Assembly (NCBI GenBank): GCA_040765985.1
Contig: JAXGRK010000003.1
Span: forward strand, 2,581 to 66,580
DNA from: Candidatus Dojkabacteria bacterium
GTDB taxonomy: Bacteria; Patescibacteriota; Dojkabacteria; SC72
Length of the DNA stretch: 64,000 bases
Reading direction: 5' to 3'
Below the pieces are notes generated by a model. It worked only from the letters and a program-made list of their open reading frames with translations, made no database searches and was not told where the DNA came from. The translations under genes were made by a program, and so were the position numbers. Positions 22,850 through 33,350 of the stretch are shown here, one piece after another; within the stretch, counting starts at the first letter, position 1; every line of letters begins with the position of its first letter.

Positions 22850-23940
22850 ATGGAAATACCGAAATACACAATTACAAATTTGATACTTAACTACATAGTC
22901 AAGTATGAGCTTGCCATACAATCTATTAAAGATACCGTTATTCCAAGCCCTCTTTTTACAAGAATTTAGAGAGAAAGTTAGAGCTGAAGAGATAGATAAA
23001 TTGGGAGAGTTAATTGCATACTCCCATTGGATATAACAAGGCATTAACAGTTCAAAGAGGCCAAGTAATGCCCTCTCATAAAAGTAAATTAAAAATATTT
23101 ACTAATTACAAAAACACCCAAGACTTTTTAGATACATACACAACAAAAAGTAATTTGAAAACCCTCAATAGAGCTTTGTACACATTTAAATAAGATATTG
23201 ATGAAAGATATTGTAGAACCATGGGATCAAGGTAAATTAAAAACTTTCTCAGAAAAACCTTGAGCTATACGACACTTGGTACAAACTAAGAGATTACTAT
23301 CCAAATATCGATATGAGATACCATTTTAATTCTCTGTTTCAATCTATAACTGAATAATACTACTGGAACACATAAACTAATTCTTCTAGCAATCCTCTCT
23401 TTGAATATATTGACAAAGCACCTTCTTTGCAGGGAAATCAAATTACTGCAATCTCAACACTAAGAGTATTAAGTAAGATTATATAGTCTAAATCCTCATA
23501 ACATAGTTCCATTTTCTAAGGCATTCTTTATGATAAGTGAGGATATTGAGCTGCATTCAAAATCTCTCGAAATAAAAAAAGACCTTACCATGTTTATCGA
23601 AGCAATCCTTTACTCCCTTTCTTTAACTGTCATTGATACAGTTAAAGGCATTACAGGAGAGTATAATAAAAAATTAAATATTAGAAAATCACTTCCAATG
23701 ATCTTAATCCAAGGCAAATTAAAAATAATAGAGTATTTAAACAATAATCTTAGAGTAACAAGACAACAGTATACTAAGATGATGGCATTCCTTATGACCT
23801 CATATAGAGACCTACAAGAGTTACTAGACAAAGAGTACATATCTCAGAAAGGAAAAGGTAGAGGAACATACTACATAATTCCAGACCAAGATACACAAGA
23901 ACAGGAAAGAATAGAAAGAGAGATACAGATATTTGGATAA
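22850..23940 (+). pseudogene. Fic/DOC-family-like protein with C-terminal winged helix, heavily frame-disrupted, degenerate active-site motif
   Basis: The span is about 363 codons, typical of Fic-with-wHTH proteins. FEYIDKAPSLQGNQITAISTLRVL lies where HPFxxGNGR would be. The intact tail 23530..23940 ends IIEYLNNNLRVTRQQYTKMM...QKGKGRGTYYII (wHTH). Confidence 0.3.
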
Positions 23941-23978
23941 ATTGCGATTTTTAATTTTACCTGCTATCATCATTCAAA

Positions 23979-25495
23979 ATGGAATCCCCAAAATACGATA
24001 TAATAATTGGATTAGAGATACACATACAAAGTAATACAGAATCTAAAATGTTCTGTGCATGCCCTACTCACTACTTTGAAAAAGAACCTAATACACATGT
24101 ATGCCCCATATGTTTAGGTTTACCAGGCGCCCTGTACCAAATAAAAGGGCAATTGAGTTATGTATACTTCTAGGAATTTCAACAAACTGTGATATAGACA
24201 GTGAAATACACTTTGATAGGAAACATTACTTCTATCCAGATCTACCTAAGGGGTATCAGATTAGCCAGTATAAAAGACCGATATGTTCTGATGGTCATAT
24301 TGATATTAAAGATGAAGATGGTAAGAAATACAGTATTGAAATAGAAAGAATACATCAAGAAGAAGATGTTGCGAAATCAACTCACCATTTAGAAAAACGG
24401 ACAGGAATACTCCCTTAATCGATTACAAATAAATCGGGAGTACCCTTAATTGAAATAGTAAGTAAACCAATATTAGGAGTGCATACCAAGCACGAGAGTA
24501 TGCAGGCAAGATTAGACAAATTGTAAGATACTTAGGTATCTCTGACGCAGATATGGAAAAGGGTCAAATGAGATGTGAACCAAATATATCACTTCAAGAG
24601 AAGGGAAAATGGAAGTATGAGAATGGTCAGATACTTCCCATTGGTGATTACAAATTAAATTCTAAAGTAGAGGTTAAAAAATATTGGTTCCATATCCGCT
24701 GTAGAAAAATCTATACTGTATGAAGTTGAAAGAATACAAAAAGAATTAGAAGAAGTAAAAAAATAATACAACAGACAAGAGGTTGGAATGCAGATAAGGG
24801 TATTACAGAGTTTCAAAAGATCAAAAGAAACTGCAGATGATTATAGATATATGCCAGAGCCAGATATCCCCATTATTGAAATTACCAAAAGATGATATTG
24901 AAAGAGTAAGTACTGAGTGTTGAGCTTCCAGATGAAAAAAAGAAAGATACATGACTACCTATTCTCTTTCTGACTACGATTCAGATGTTCTTACGCTAAT
25001 AAAGATATCTCTATATACTTCGAAGAGTTACTTAAAGATTCTCTCTGATAATATGGATACCATCAAGGCAGCCAAATCTGCTTCTAATTGGATAACAGGT
25101 ACTGTATTTTCAATTGCCAATGATAAAAAGATAGAGATAAATGAAAATAATATTCCGAAAGATTCGTTAGCATACTTAATTACTGAGTTTGAAAAAAAGG
25201 TTTTAACTAGAAACAAAGCAGAATCAATTCTAAGAGAATCTTAGAACAAAAAAGATTTGAAAGAACTAATAAATACTGCATTACAAGAAAGTAGTGCTAA
25301 TACTGATAACTTAGAAAGTATAATTGATAGTGTAATTAATGCTAATAAGGCAGTAAAATGGATTTTAAATCAGGTAAACAGACAACAATAGGGGTATCTT
25401 GTAGGACAGGTAATGCAAAAAAAAAGGGTAATGCAGATCCTAATATGGCTAAAGATATATTAATAAAAGAAATTAAATGGATAAACAAACATTAA
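23979..25495 (+). pseudogene. gatB: Asp/Glu-tRNA amidotransferase subunit B, frame-disrupted
   Basis: [21 protein letters not shown]...[10 protein letters not shown], then [10 protein letters not shown] (C3 run at 24130-24132 one base short), FDRKHYFYPDLPKGYQISQY and YRYMPEPDIP. The YqeY-like tail ends at 25495. About 8 breaks. Confidence 0.85.
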
Positions 25496-25776
25496 AACAT
25501 ATTGCAGAGCTATCTAGAATATCTCTTACAGACCAGGAGTTAGAAAAAGTTTACACCTCAAATGCAAACAATATTAGATAGTGCTAAAGTATTACAGGAA
25601 GTTGATACTAAAGGTATTAACCCCATGAAAAGACATATACCCCTTCTCTGCCTTAAGAGATGACATACCATCCGATTCTTTAACACAAGAGGGATGTACT
25701 TAAAACGCTAAATACAAAAGAAAATGGATTTGTAAAAGTATATGGTAAGATATTTGGTGGTATTGAAGAGAGTTAA
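25477..25776 (+). pseudogene. gatC: Asp/Glu-tRNA amidotransferase subunit C, frame-disrupted
   Basis: MDKQTLKHIAELSRISLTDQELEK ... ENGFVKVYGKIFGGIEES. The start overlaps the gatB end. 2-3 breaks. Confidence 0.65.
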
Positions 25777-26442
25777 TCTTTTTTAAAAATATTTTCATAA
25801 ATAGAGTTCACTATTCTAGGATTACGCCTTTGCTCTTTGGGTAAGTTAGCAATCTCATCTCTAAATCTCATCGCTTGTGATTTCTTTTCTTTGATGTCTA
25901 CCTAATATATCTTTTTTAGCATTCTCATAGTCTTGCTCTGTATCAATTTTGTAGATAATAGCTTCCTTGTCATACACCTCTGGCAGAGAGACAAAGCTCC
26001 GTTATTCTAAAATTAGAAGGTGGTATCTCATCTACAACATACCCTTTCCTTCAAATCCATTATTTGCAATTCCTTCTAGAGCTTTCTTAAATTTAGGTTC
26101 TCTAACATCCAAACCCTCTGTTTGAATCTCAAAAAATCCTAACAGAAGGAAGAGGAAGATATATTTCATTAACGAGCCAAATTCTTAAGAACTGTTCTGT
26201 TTTAATGAACTCCTTTGATTTACCGTAATATTGTTTTTACCATTCTAGGATTACTAGACATATAATGACCATACTGTTTCATCAGAAACAAATGATTACC
26301 CCTCTGCATCTATTTCATCTGAACCTGGTTTTAATGTTGATGAGAAATCTGCCTGTTCAAAATCGTCTACTTTTAATGTAATTCCTCTGTACAGTGTCTC
26401 TGGAATCTTCTCTTGTTCTTGTTTTAATGGTAATTCTTCCAT
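25773..26442 (-). pseudogene. hypothetical protein, frame-disrupted
   Basis: ATG at 26442 gives MEELPLKQEQEKIPETLYRGITLKVDDFEQADF. Collinear pieces follow in other frames, ending IVNSIYENIFKK. No family recognised. Confidence 0.3.
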
Positions 26443-26502
26443 ACATTTTAGTATATCATTCGCCTTTTAAAAGAATAGAAGTGATGTAAAATGTATTACC
26501 CA

Positions 26503-26587
26503 GCCGAGATGGTGAAACTGGCAGACACGCTTGCCTTAGGAGCAAGTGGGATTAATATCCCTTGGAGGTTCGAGTCCTCTTCTCGCA
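26503..26587 (+). tRNA. tRNA-Leu (anticodon UAG), acceptor stem one base short
   Basis: GCCGAGA TG GTG..CAC G CTTGC CTTAGGA GCAAG, a long variable arm GGGAT TAAT ATCCC, GGAGG TTCGAGT CCTCT, then TCTCGC A. The 3' acceptor strand should be TCTCGGC. Confidence 0.8.
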
Positions 26588-26609
26588 TATTTAAATATAT
26601 ACTACAAAC

Positions 26610-26822
26610 ATGGGAATCAAACTATTACTACCATTTCAAACAGTACTCTTACAAAAAAGATTATGTGTTGGATGTACAAGTACATTAGACAAAGCAAAAA
26701 GATTAGGTAAACTTTCCGAGCGAAGAGAGTTAGTTGAATGTAAATGTAAAAGAAGGTATGTATACAACAAAGAATTTAATGAGTATCAAAGGGCACATTT
26801 CAAGAAGAGCAACAGTTCTTAA
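26610..26822 (+). CDS. small Cys-containing (zinc-ribbon-like) basic protein
   Basis: 70-aa ORF with CVGC ... CKC spacing. Lies between two tRNAs. No homology recognised. Confidence 0.3.
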   Translation: MGIKLLLPFQTVLLQKRLCVGCTSTLDKAKRLGKLSERRELVECKCKRRYVYNKEFNEYQRAHFKKSNSS

Positions 26823-26862
26823 GAGAGTTAACAAAAGCCACGTTATAGTAGAATCACTAGAT

Positions 26863-26938
26863 ATGCCTATCGTCTAGTGGTCTAGGATGACAGGTTTTCA
26901 TCCTGTAAACTGGAGTTCGATTCTCCGTAGCGGTACCA
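26863..26938 (+). tRNA. tRNA-Glu (anticodon UUC) with encoded CCA, two adjacent acceptor-stem mismatches
   Basis: ATGCCTA TC GTCT AGTGGTCTA GGAT G ACAGG TTTTCAT CCTGT AAAC TGGAG TTCGATT CTCCG TAGCGGT A CCA. Pairs 3:70 (G/G) and 4:69 (C/C) do not form. Confidence 0.7.
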
Positions 26939-27095
26939 ATTTAATTTAAAGCCCCAACTATAAGAAAACGAGCAATCAGATGTAAAAGGAGAGAGAAAAG
27001 CCACTGAGGTTATTGCCTATTGAAAAACTATCTACTCATTTATTGAAACAATATTAGTTGCATTAGTACTCGCAATAGTCCTTTACCTATTTATA

Positions 27096-27566
27096 ATGAC
27101 CCCTCATGAAGTAGTTGGTAACTCAATGCATCCTACATACAAAAATGGTGAGATGCTAATGGCTAACAAGATTACATTTCAAGTATCTAAACCCAAAAGA
27201 GGAGATGTCATTATTTTTAAATTCTCAGATACACAAGATTTCATTAAAAGAATCATTGGTATACCTGGAGATGAGATAATGATTAAAGACGGTAAGATAT
27301 ATATTAACAATGAGCTACTAGACGAATCAGAGTATCTCCAATCCTCAGTCATTACTAATGGTGGTTCATATTTACATGAAGGTCAAACAGTTACAATACA
27401 GGATAATGAATATTTTGTTTGTGGTGATAACAGAACAAATAGCTCTGATTCTAGAGAGTTTGGCCCAATTACAGAAGACAAAATAAAGGGTAAAGCATGG
27501 ATTGTATACTTCCCTTTTTCTGAATTCAGAGTTGTACAACACCAAACATACAACATTGGACTCTAA
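27096..27566 (+). CDS. lepB: signal peptidase I (S26A)
   Basis: VVGNSMHPTYKNGEML, GDVIIFKF, FIKRIIGIPGD and VCGDNRTNSSDSREFG. The TM anchor IETILVALVLAIVLYLFI lies in frame upstream, so the true start is upstream (possibly after another break). Confidence 0.8.
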   Translation: MTPHEVVGNSMHPTYKNGEMLMANKITFQVSKPKRGDVIIFKFSDTQDFIKRIIGIPGDEIMIKDGKIYINNELLDESEYLQSSVITNGGSYLHEGQTVTIQDNEYFVCGDNRTNSSDSREFGPITEDKIKGKAWIVYFPFSEFRVVQHQTYNIGL

Positions 27567-27591
27567 CTGTGAAACATGATAAATTATCTAT

Positions 27592-28383
27592 ATGGAAATT
27601 TTCGTAATTGCTAATCAAAAAGGTGGTGTAGGCAAAACTACGACCACACTTAACCTAGGAGCAGCTCTAGCAAAAAAGGGTAAAAAAGTTTTACTAATTG
27701 ATCTTGACCCCCAAGCGAATCTCTCCTCTGGTTTGGGATTTACTAAACAATTCGATAAACATAGTTGGGATACAAGAGAACAAGCTCCTTACAAGAATAT
27801 ATACGATGTAATTGTAAATTCAATCCCTATTCAATCCGTATTCGTATCTACATCAACCCCTAACCTCTTTTTAGTACCCTCTCACCTATCCCTCGCTGGT
27901 GCAGAAATTGAAATGGTTAATATGATTTCAAGAGAAACTTTACTTAAAAAAGCACTAGACAGTATTAAAAACGATTTTGAGGTAGTATTAGTAGATTGCC
28001 CTCCATCACTAGGTCTATTAACAATAAATGCATTAAGTGCTGCAGACAATCTCCTAATCCCCATACAGTGTGAATACTTTGCACTAGAAGGCCTAGGGCA
28101 ACTAATTAACACCATCAAACTAATTAAAGGTGTTAATCCTTCACTAAAGTTAGGGGGAGTTATACTAACTATGTTTGATAGTAGAACAAAACTCTCCTCC
28201 AATGTAGTAGCTGATGTAAGGGAATTCTTTAACGAATTGGCCTTTGAATCAATAGTACCAAGAAATGTACGACTCTCAGAAGCTCCATCTTTTGGTAAAA
28301 CAATCTTTCAATACGATCCGAAATCAACTGGAGCAATGGCTTACAGTAATCTTGCAAAAGAATTTATAAAAAGATTTCTTTAA
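27592..28383 (+). CDS. parA: ParA/Soj chromosome partitioning ATPase
   Basis: Intact 263 aa with the deviant Walker A NQKGGVGKTTT, then DLDPQAN. Confidence 0.9.
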   Translation: MEIFVIANQKGGVGKTTTTLNLGAALAKKGKKVLLIDLDPQANLSSGLGFTKQFDKHSWDTREQAPYKNIYDVIVNSIPIQSVFVSTSTPNLFLVPSHLSLAGAEIEMVNMISRETLLKKALDSIKNDFEVVLVDCPPSLGLLTINALSAADNLLIPIQCEYFALEGLGQLINTIKLIKGVNPSLKLGGVILTMFDSRTKLSSNVVADVREFFNELAFESIVPRNVRLSEAPSFGKTIFQYDPKSTGAMAYSNLAKEFIKRFL

Positions 28384-28400
28384 ATTAAATATTTCTAAAA

Positions 28401-29267
28401 ATGGAAGAACAAAGATTAGGTAAAGGGTTAGCAGCGTTAATAGATTCTAACGAAATAGATAACTCTAGTAGTTCATATAAAGAGAAATTTGATATTACAA
28501 AAATATTACCTAACCCATTCCAGCCAAGAATGCATATAGAACCAGATGAGCTAATTGGCTTGGCTGACTCTATTCGCGAAAGTGGAGTAATCCAACCACT
28601 AATTGTTACTAAAGATAAAAATTCAGATAAGTACTTAATAATTGCAGGAGAAAGAAGATATAGGGCAGCACAATTGGCTGGACTTAAGTATGTACCAATT
28701 GTAATAAAGGAATCATCTCCACAACAGATGCTTGAATTGGCATTGATAGAAAATATTCAAAGACAAGACCTAAACCCACTAGAGGAAGCGTATGCATTTG
28801 TTCAGCTTCAAGATGAATTTGGATTACCTCAAGAAGAGATAGCTATAAAAGTTGGATTGAATAGAGTAACAATATCAAACAAAATGAGATTACTTAAATT
28901 ACCGGAGCCAGTTAAGGAAGTGGTCATGAATGAAACAATATCCGAAGGTCATGCGAGAGCACTACTAGGTATTAAAGATGAGGAATCGTTGATTGCTGCT
29001 ACAGATATTGTAGTTAAAAGAGGTCTTAGTGTAAGACAAACTGAATCACTTGTTCGTAAAATTAATTATGGAAAAAGCGCAAAATACAAAACAATTCAAA
29101 CAGATTACCCAGACCTATTAAGGTATGGAGAAATGCTCTCTAAAAAAATCGGATATAGCACAAGTGTAAGAAGATTAAGCAAAGGTGGAAGAGTAATTAT
29201 CAGATTCCTAAGTAAAAACGATTTAGAAGACTTACTCAAAAAGTTGGGCCTAGAAAATTTTGACTAA
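28401..29267 (+). CDS. parB: ParB/Spo0J partitioning protein
   Basis: Intact 288 aa with QPRMHIEPDELIGLADSIRESGVIQPLIV, AGERRYRAA and an HTH. Confidence 0.9.
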   Translation: MEEQRLGKGLAALIDSNEIDNSSSSYKEKFDITKILPNPFQPRMHIEPDELIGLADSIRESGVIQPLIVTKDKNSDKYLIIAGERRYRAAQLAGLKYVPIVIKESSPQQMLELALIENIQRQDLNPLEEAYAFVQLQDEFGLPQEEIAIKVGLNRVTISNKMRLLKLPEPVKEVVMNETISEGHARALLGIKDEESLIAATDIVVKRGLSVRQTESLVRKINYGKSAKYKTIQTDYPDLLRYGEMLSKKIGYSTSVRRLSKGGRVIIRFLSKNDLEDLLKKLGLENFD

Positions 29268-30010
29268 CTAGATACCTCCTGTCTTAATTTCTCATACATT
29301 AAAATTGCTGCACTTGCACTAACATTCAATGACCCTATCCCTTCTCTCATTGGTATAGATATCTTCTCATCTACCCTTTCTAACATACCTGTAGATATCC
29401 CTACATCCTCTGCACCAAGTACAAATGCACATGGCCCTGTCAAATCTCTTTCGTAGTATGTATTGCCATCCATATGTACACCAAATATCTTAATACCATT
29501 CTTTTTAATTTCTTTAACAGCAGCAAACAAATTCATTTCAACAAGAGGAATTCGCTCAGCAGCACCCATAGAAATACGAATAGTTTCATCAGTAACCAAA
29601 TTAACATCAGATGGATGTGTAATTACCCCGTTAACACCTACAGCAAATGCGGTTCTCATAATAGCTGCAATATTCTGAGTATACTTAATATCATCAAGTA
29701 TTAAGAAAAATGGAATTTTATTATCTTTGTATATACTTTCTAAAAGCTCCTCTAAACTCCATTGATTCTCAGAATACATCATTCCAACAACACTCTCAGA
29801 AGTAGAAGCTCTTAATCTTCTCATTAAGGTTTTCTTAGGTACTCTGATAATTGGTACCTTGTTTTTTTCAGCTAACTCTACAATCTCTTTAGTCTTATCA
29901 TCTCTATACGCACTACTAGCAATGTATATACGCTCAAAATTCCTACCCTCTCTTAGTAGTTCTAACAGTGCATTCTTACTTTCAATTTGGATAAATCTTT
30001 GTTTACTCAT
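29264..30010 (-). CDS. rlmB: SpoU/TrmH-family RNA 2'-O-methyltransferase (RlmB-like)
   Basis: Intact 248 aa. SpoU substrate-binding N-domain plus NIAAIMRTA, VLGAEDVG and SLNVSASAAILMYE. The 3' end overlaps parB convergently by 4 nt. Confidence 0.75.
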   Translation of the reverse strand: MSKQRFIQIESKNALLELLREGRNFERIYIASSAYRDDKTKEIVELAEKNKVPIIRVPKKTLMRRLRASTSESVVGMMYSENQWSLEELLESIYKDNKIPFFLILDDIKYTQNIAAIMRTAFAVGVNGVITHPSDVNLVTDETIRISMGAAERIPLVEMNLFAAVKEIKKNGIKIFGVHMDGNTYYERDLTGPCAFVLGAEDVGISTGMLERVDEKISIPMREGIGSLNVSASAAILMYEKLRQEVSS

Positions 30011-30015
30011 CTCTA

Positions 30016-30282
30016 TTAAAGAGATTCTACCACATCTACGAAGAACTGACCTCTTTTAAAGCCACTCATTTTTCTAAATTTTACAATACCAGTTGTTTTA
30101 GCATGAATAGAGTAATCCTTAGAAGAGTAAGTATTTTTACCAGGATGAAATACACTACCCCTTTGCTTAAGGATAATGTTACCTGATTGCACCTTTTCTC
30201 CCTCATATTTTTTTAGACCTAATCTCTTACCAGCTACATGGCCTCCCATTTTTACACTTCCTGCTCCTACGACATGTGACAT
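30016..30282 (-). CDS. rpmA: 50S ribosomal protein L27
   Basis: AGKRLGLKKYEGEKVQSGNIILKQRGSVFHPGKN is the L27 signature. No Prp-type N-terminal extension. Confidence 0.9.
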   Translation of the reverse strand: MSHVVGAGSVKMGGHVAGKRLGLKKYEGEKVQSGNIILKQRGSVFHPGKNTYSSKDYSIHAKTTGIVKFRKMSGFKRGQFFVDVVESL

Positions 30283-30303
30283 ATCTCTATATTTTTAATT
30301 TAA

Positions 30304-31469
30304 TTACCTCTTTTCGAGTATGAAAATATTCCTTGAGATAATACTATTTATCCTTCTCCATTTCAAGTCCCCTCTAGTATATTTCCTATTCAATATCTCC
30401 CATCTTTTACCTACTAATTCGTTCAAATTAAAGGAAATCCAACCTTTTTTAGTTTTGTACTCAGGTAATATTAAAACAACTTTAAACCCTTTCTAGCGAC
30501 TTGCTCTAATACATTGAAAAGTGCTTCATACAAAGTTCTAACACTTTTAAGTAGTTCTTGTGCACTAAATTCACTTAAAATTCTTCTTTGAGGTGGTCCC
30601 ATGAATGGTTCACACACAACACAGTTAATATTACTTCTTTTTAGATCTTTAATAATTCTTCTCTCAACATTTCTAATATCTAATTGAAAAATATTATACA
30701 TATTACCCTCTATAATCCCCTCCTTAGTCATCCATTTAATATTTTTATCTACACTCTCTAGTGCTCCAACATCAATATCTGAGCCCAAAATATCAAAACC
30801 AAGTACAGCTGCCTCCATAAGAATGGTACCACTACCACAGAAGGGATCCCACAAAACTCCACTTCTTAAGCCAGTAAGATTACACATAATGCGGGCTAAC
30901 TTTTGAGGAAGTACACCCATATCAAAATCTGCACTAGGTCTATCTACATCTCTTTTAACAAATGAATATATATCTTGAATACCTAGCGTATTTCCATACA
31001 TCTTTCCATTATCTCCCTCAAATATACATAACTCAAAACCCTCTTTAAGTATTTCATTATGCATTACCTGGGCTGCATTTAACTCACTTGTTTTAGGAAG
31101 AATAAAGCGAGTAGATACATTAGAAGTTCTAAAACTTCTTTTTATCTCATTAGCAAGTCTCTGAATATCTCTTATCTTAATATCACTATTACCCAATACT
31201 GATATACCATATACTACCTTTTTTGATTCAAAATATGGGTTTAAAAATGTATCTAGTTCATCTATTATCTCTCCATATCTAATAAAACCACCTAATCTAT
31301 AAAATATTGTTTCTAATACATCTTTTTGTACAGTATTACTTTCAACAAGAAATATCGAATTACTTAATTTACGAATACTATCTTTAGAAATATTGAAAGC
31401 TTCAAATACAATTGAAAGCTCTGTGAGAGAAATCTCTGGGAAATTACCACACTCAAAAAAATATCGCAT
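30304..31469 (-). CDS. UPF0020/Trm11-like SAM-dependent RNA methyltransferase, C-terminal frame break
   Basis: 332-aa ORF 30471..31469 with DPFCGSGTILMEAA (motif I) and CEPFMGPP. The C-terminus continues in another frame (GFKVVLILPEYKTKKGW...) to 30304. Confidence 0.6.
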
Positions 31470-31801
31470 TAGCTTATTTCTTTAACCAATACTTTACTAA
31501 TTAATGCTCTAAAACCCATACTCCTTCTGTATCTAGACTTCGATTTATATTTAAACACCTCAACCTTTTTGTCTTTCTTTTGGGATGTTATCTCTAATAC
31601 TACTTTACTATCTTTAACAGTAGGATTACCTAATTTGGTTTCTTTACCATCATGTAGTAGTAAAACATCTTTAATTTCTAAAATATCACCTTTTTTACCC
31701 TCTAATTTATTAACTTCGTACTCACTACCCTCATACACCTTTAATTGTGTACCAGATATTTTAATTACAGCAAATTTTTCTTTGTTTTCAGTTTTATCCA
31801 T
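31469..31801 (-). CDS. rplU: 50S ribosomal protein L21
   Basis: FAVIKISGTQLKVYEGSEYEVNKL...KVEVFKYKSKSRYRRSMGFR is the L21 pattern. Confidence 0.9.
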   Translation of the reverse strand: MDKTENKEKFAVIKISGTQLKVYEGSEYEVNKLEGKKGDILEIKDVLLLHDGKETKLGNPTVKDSKVVLEITSQKKDKKVEVFKYKSKSRYRRSMGFRALISKVLVKEIS

Positions 31802-31890
31802 GACTTAGGGATTTTATGTTATTAATTAATAATTGTCAATTATATTCCTATTACTTTTATTAAAATTACCACTATTTATTATACTTTGAA

Positions 31891-33132
31891 CTACCCTAAA
31901 GAAAAGAGAGTCATAACCGTTATCGTTCCACCAGCACTAACAAGGGGAAGTGGTATTCCAGTTGCTGGTATTACTCCTACATTTGTACCAATATTAACAA
32001 ATATCTCTAAAACAAGTTTTAGGGTAATTCCTATTAGTATGATACTAAAAAACGAATTCTTTTCATTATCAACAGATATATTTAATATTCTTACAATTAC
32101 AACCCCATACAGAAAAAGTAAAAACAGAGATCCAACAAGCCCAAACTCCTCAGCATAGGATGCAAATATGAAATCAGTTTGATGCTCAGGTAGAAAGTCT
32201 CTTTTACTCTGAGTACCATTACCAAAACCCTTACCCCATATCTGTCCAGATCCGATAGCGATTCTTGCCTGATTAACATTAAATCCAATGTCTTCTGTAC
32301 TTTCAGTAGGATTTAAAAATGCCTCAATACGATCTTTCTGGTACTCTTTTAAAACACTTTTATACAAAACAATCGAGGAAGAGCCGATAAGGGAACCTAA
32401 AACAAAGCTTACAACAACAAGTATTCTCCAGTTATCTCTATAGTAATATGAAAGAATACTGATAATTAAGCCAGCTATACCTAAAAGTATATATATCCAG
32501 TTATTTGTAAAACTAATTAGAAAAAAAGATAAGGAAACAAGTCCTACAATGATTAAGCTTACTGTATTTCTAAACTGATTACTCAGACCTGTAAACGCTA
32601 CTAGAAACCATATAAGTAAGGTAAGTAAAGACATACTTCCCGCTGGTTCAAAGTAAATTAGTAAAAATATTGGAATAACAGCTATAAATGATATTAAGAA
32701 AAGTAACCATTGATTGTATCTATCTTTAAATGAAAATATACTTGCGGTTACTAATATTACCGTAATTTTGGCAATTTCAGATGGTTGAATTTGTGTTCCT
32801 CCTATTACTAGCCATCTTTGTACATTATTTATTACTGGACCAAAGATAAAAACAGATATTAGTAGTAGTAATGTTAGAATATATATTGGAATGATTATTT
32901 GAAGATATCTAAACAGAGATATATCTATCACGGATGTAATTAGAAAGAGAATTATTCCTATTACAACAAATGATATCTGTTTATACACTATTGAGAGATC
33001 TTGGAAAGAGCCGTCAGTTCCGATTGTAGTTGATAGAAGAACAAAAATCCCAATAACTGATATCAATACTGTAGGTATAAAGATAAAGGGATCTATTTTA
33101 AATTTCTTCTTATTACCGTTACTTAGTTTCAT
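31891..33132 (-). CDS. ftsW: SEDS-family peptidoglycan polymerase (FtsW/RodA)
   Basis: Intact 413 aa, about 10 TM, with QPSEIAKI, ARIAIGSGQIWGKGFGNG and DFIFASYAEEFG. Sits in the fts cluster. Confidence 0.85.
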   Translation of the reverse strand: MKLSNGNKKKFKIDPFIFIPTVLISVIGIFVLLSTTIGTDGSFQDLSIVYKQISFVVIGIILFLITSVIDISLFRYLQIIIPIYILTLLLLISVFIFGPVINNVQRWLVIGGTQIQPSEIAKITVILVTASIFSFKDRYNQWLLFLISFIAVIPIFLLIYFEPAGSMSLLTLLIWFLVAFTGLSNQFRNTVSLIIVGLVSLSFFLISFTNNWIYILLGIAGLIISILSYYYRDNWRILVVVSFVLGSLIGSSSIVLYKSVLKEYQKDRIEAFLNPTESTEDIGFNVNQARIAIGSGQIWGKGFGNGTQSKRDFLPEHQTDFIFASYAEEFGLVGSLFLLFLYGVVIVRILNISVDNEKNSFFSIILIGITLKLVLEIFVNIGTNVGVIPATGIPLPLVSAGGTITVMTLFSLG

Positions 33133-33350
33133 TATATATCTATTTCAACTAACTTCTTTTTATTTTTTAATCCTAAGGATATATTAACAGAACTTTTGGG
33201 GATATTAAAATAGTTAGAAATAACATCTATCAACTCTTTATTAGCACTGTTGTTATGAGGTTTACTTTTTAGAGAAACAAAGTAATAGGAATCTCTTTTT
33301 TCGATTTTTTGACTTTTTGATGAAGTTTTAACAATAACTTCTATTACCAC
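33132..33350 (-). CDS. DUF167 (YggU-like) protein
   Basis: 72 aa with the pattern VSLKSKPHNNSANKELIDVISNYFNIPKSSVNISLGLKNKKKLVEI. Overlaps ftsZ by 7 nt and the SEDS gene by 1 nt. Confidence 0.65.
   Translation of the reverse strand: MVIEVIVKTSSKSQKIEKRDSYYFVSLKSKPHNNSANKELIDVISNYFNIPKSSVNISLGLKNKKKLVEIDI

Noticed and set aside
22546-23044. ORFs 22546..22794 and 22760..23044 (-), and likewise 26491..26688 (+) and the N-terminus of 10516..11154 (-)
   Set aside because: They run through tRNA genes, and their translations contain tRNA-derived strings such as GFESRLPL or AELNRRPIPYEGNALPTEL. They are spurious.
22645-23940. Integrated mobile element at the tRNA-Gly/tRNA-Thr site
   Set aside because: Only a degenerate Fic-like gene is present. 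I found no integrase, no duplicated tRNA 3' end and no phage or conjugation genes. It is kept as a low-confidence note under findings rather than called a mobile element.
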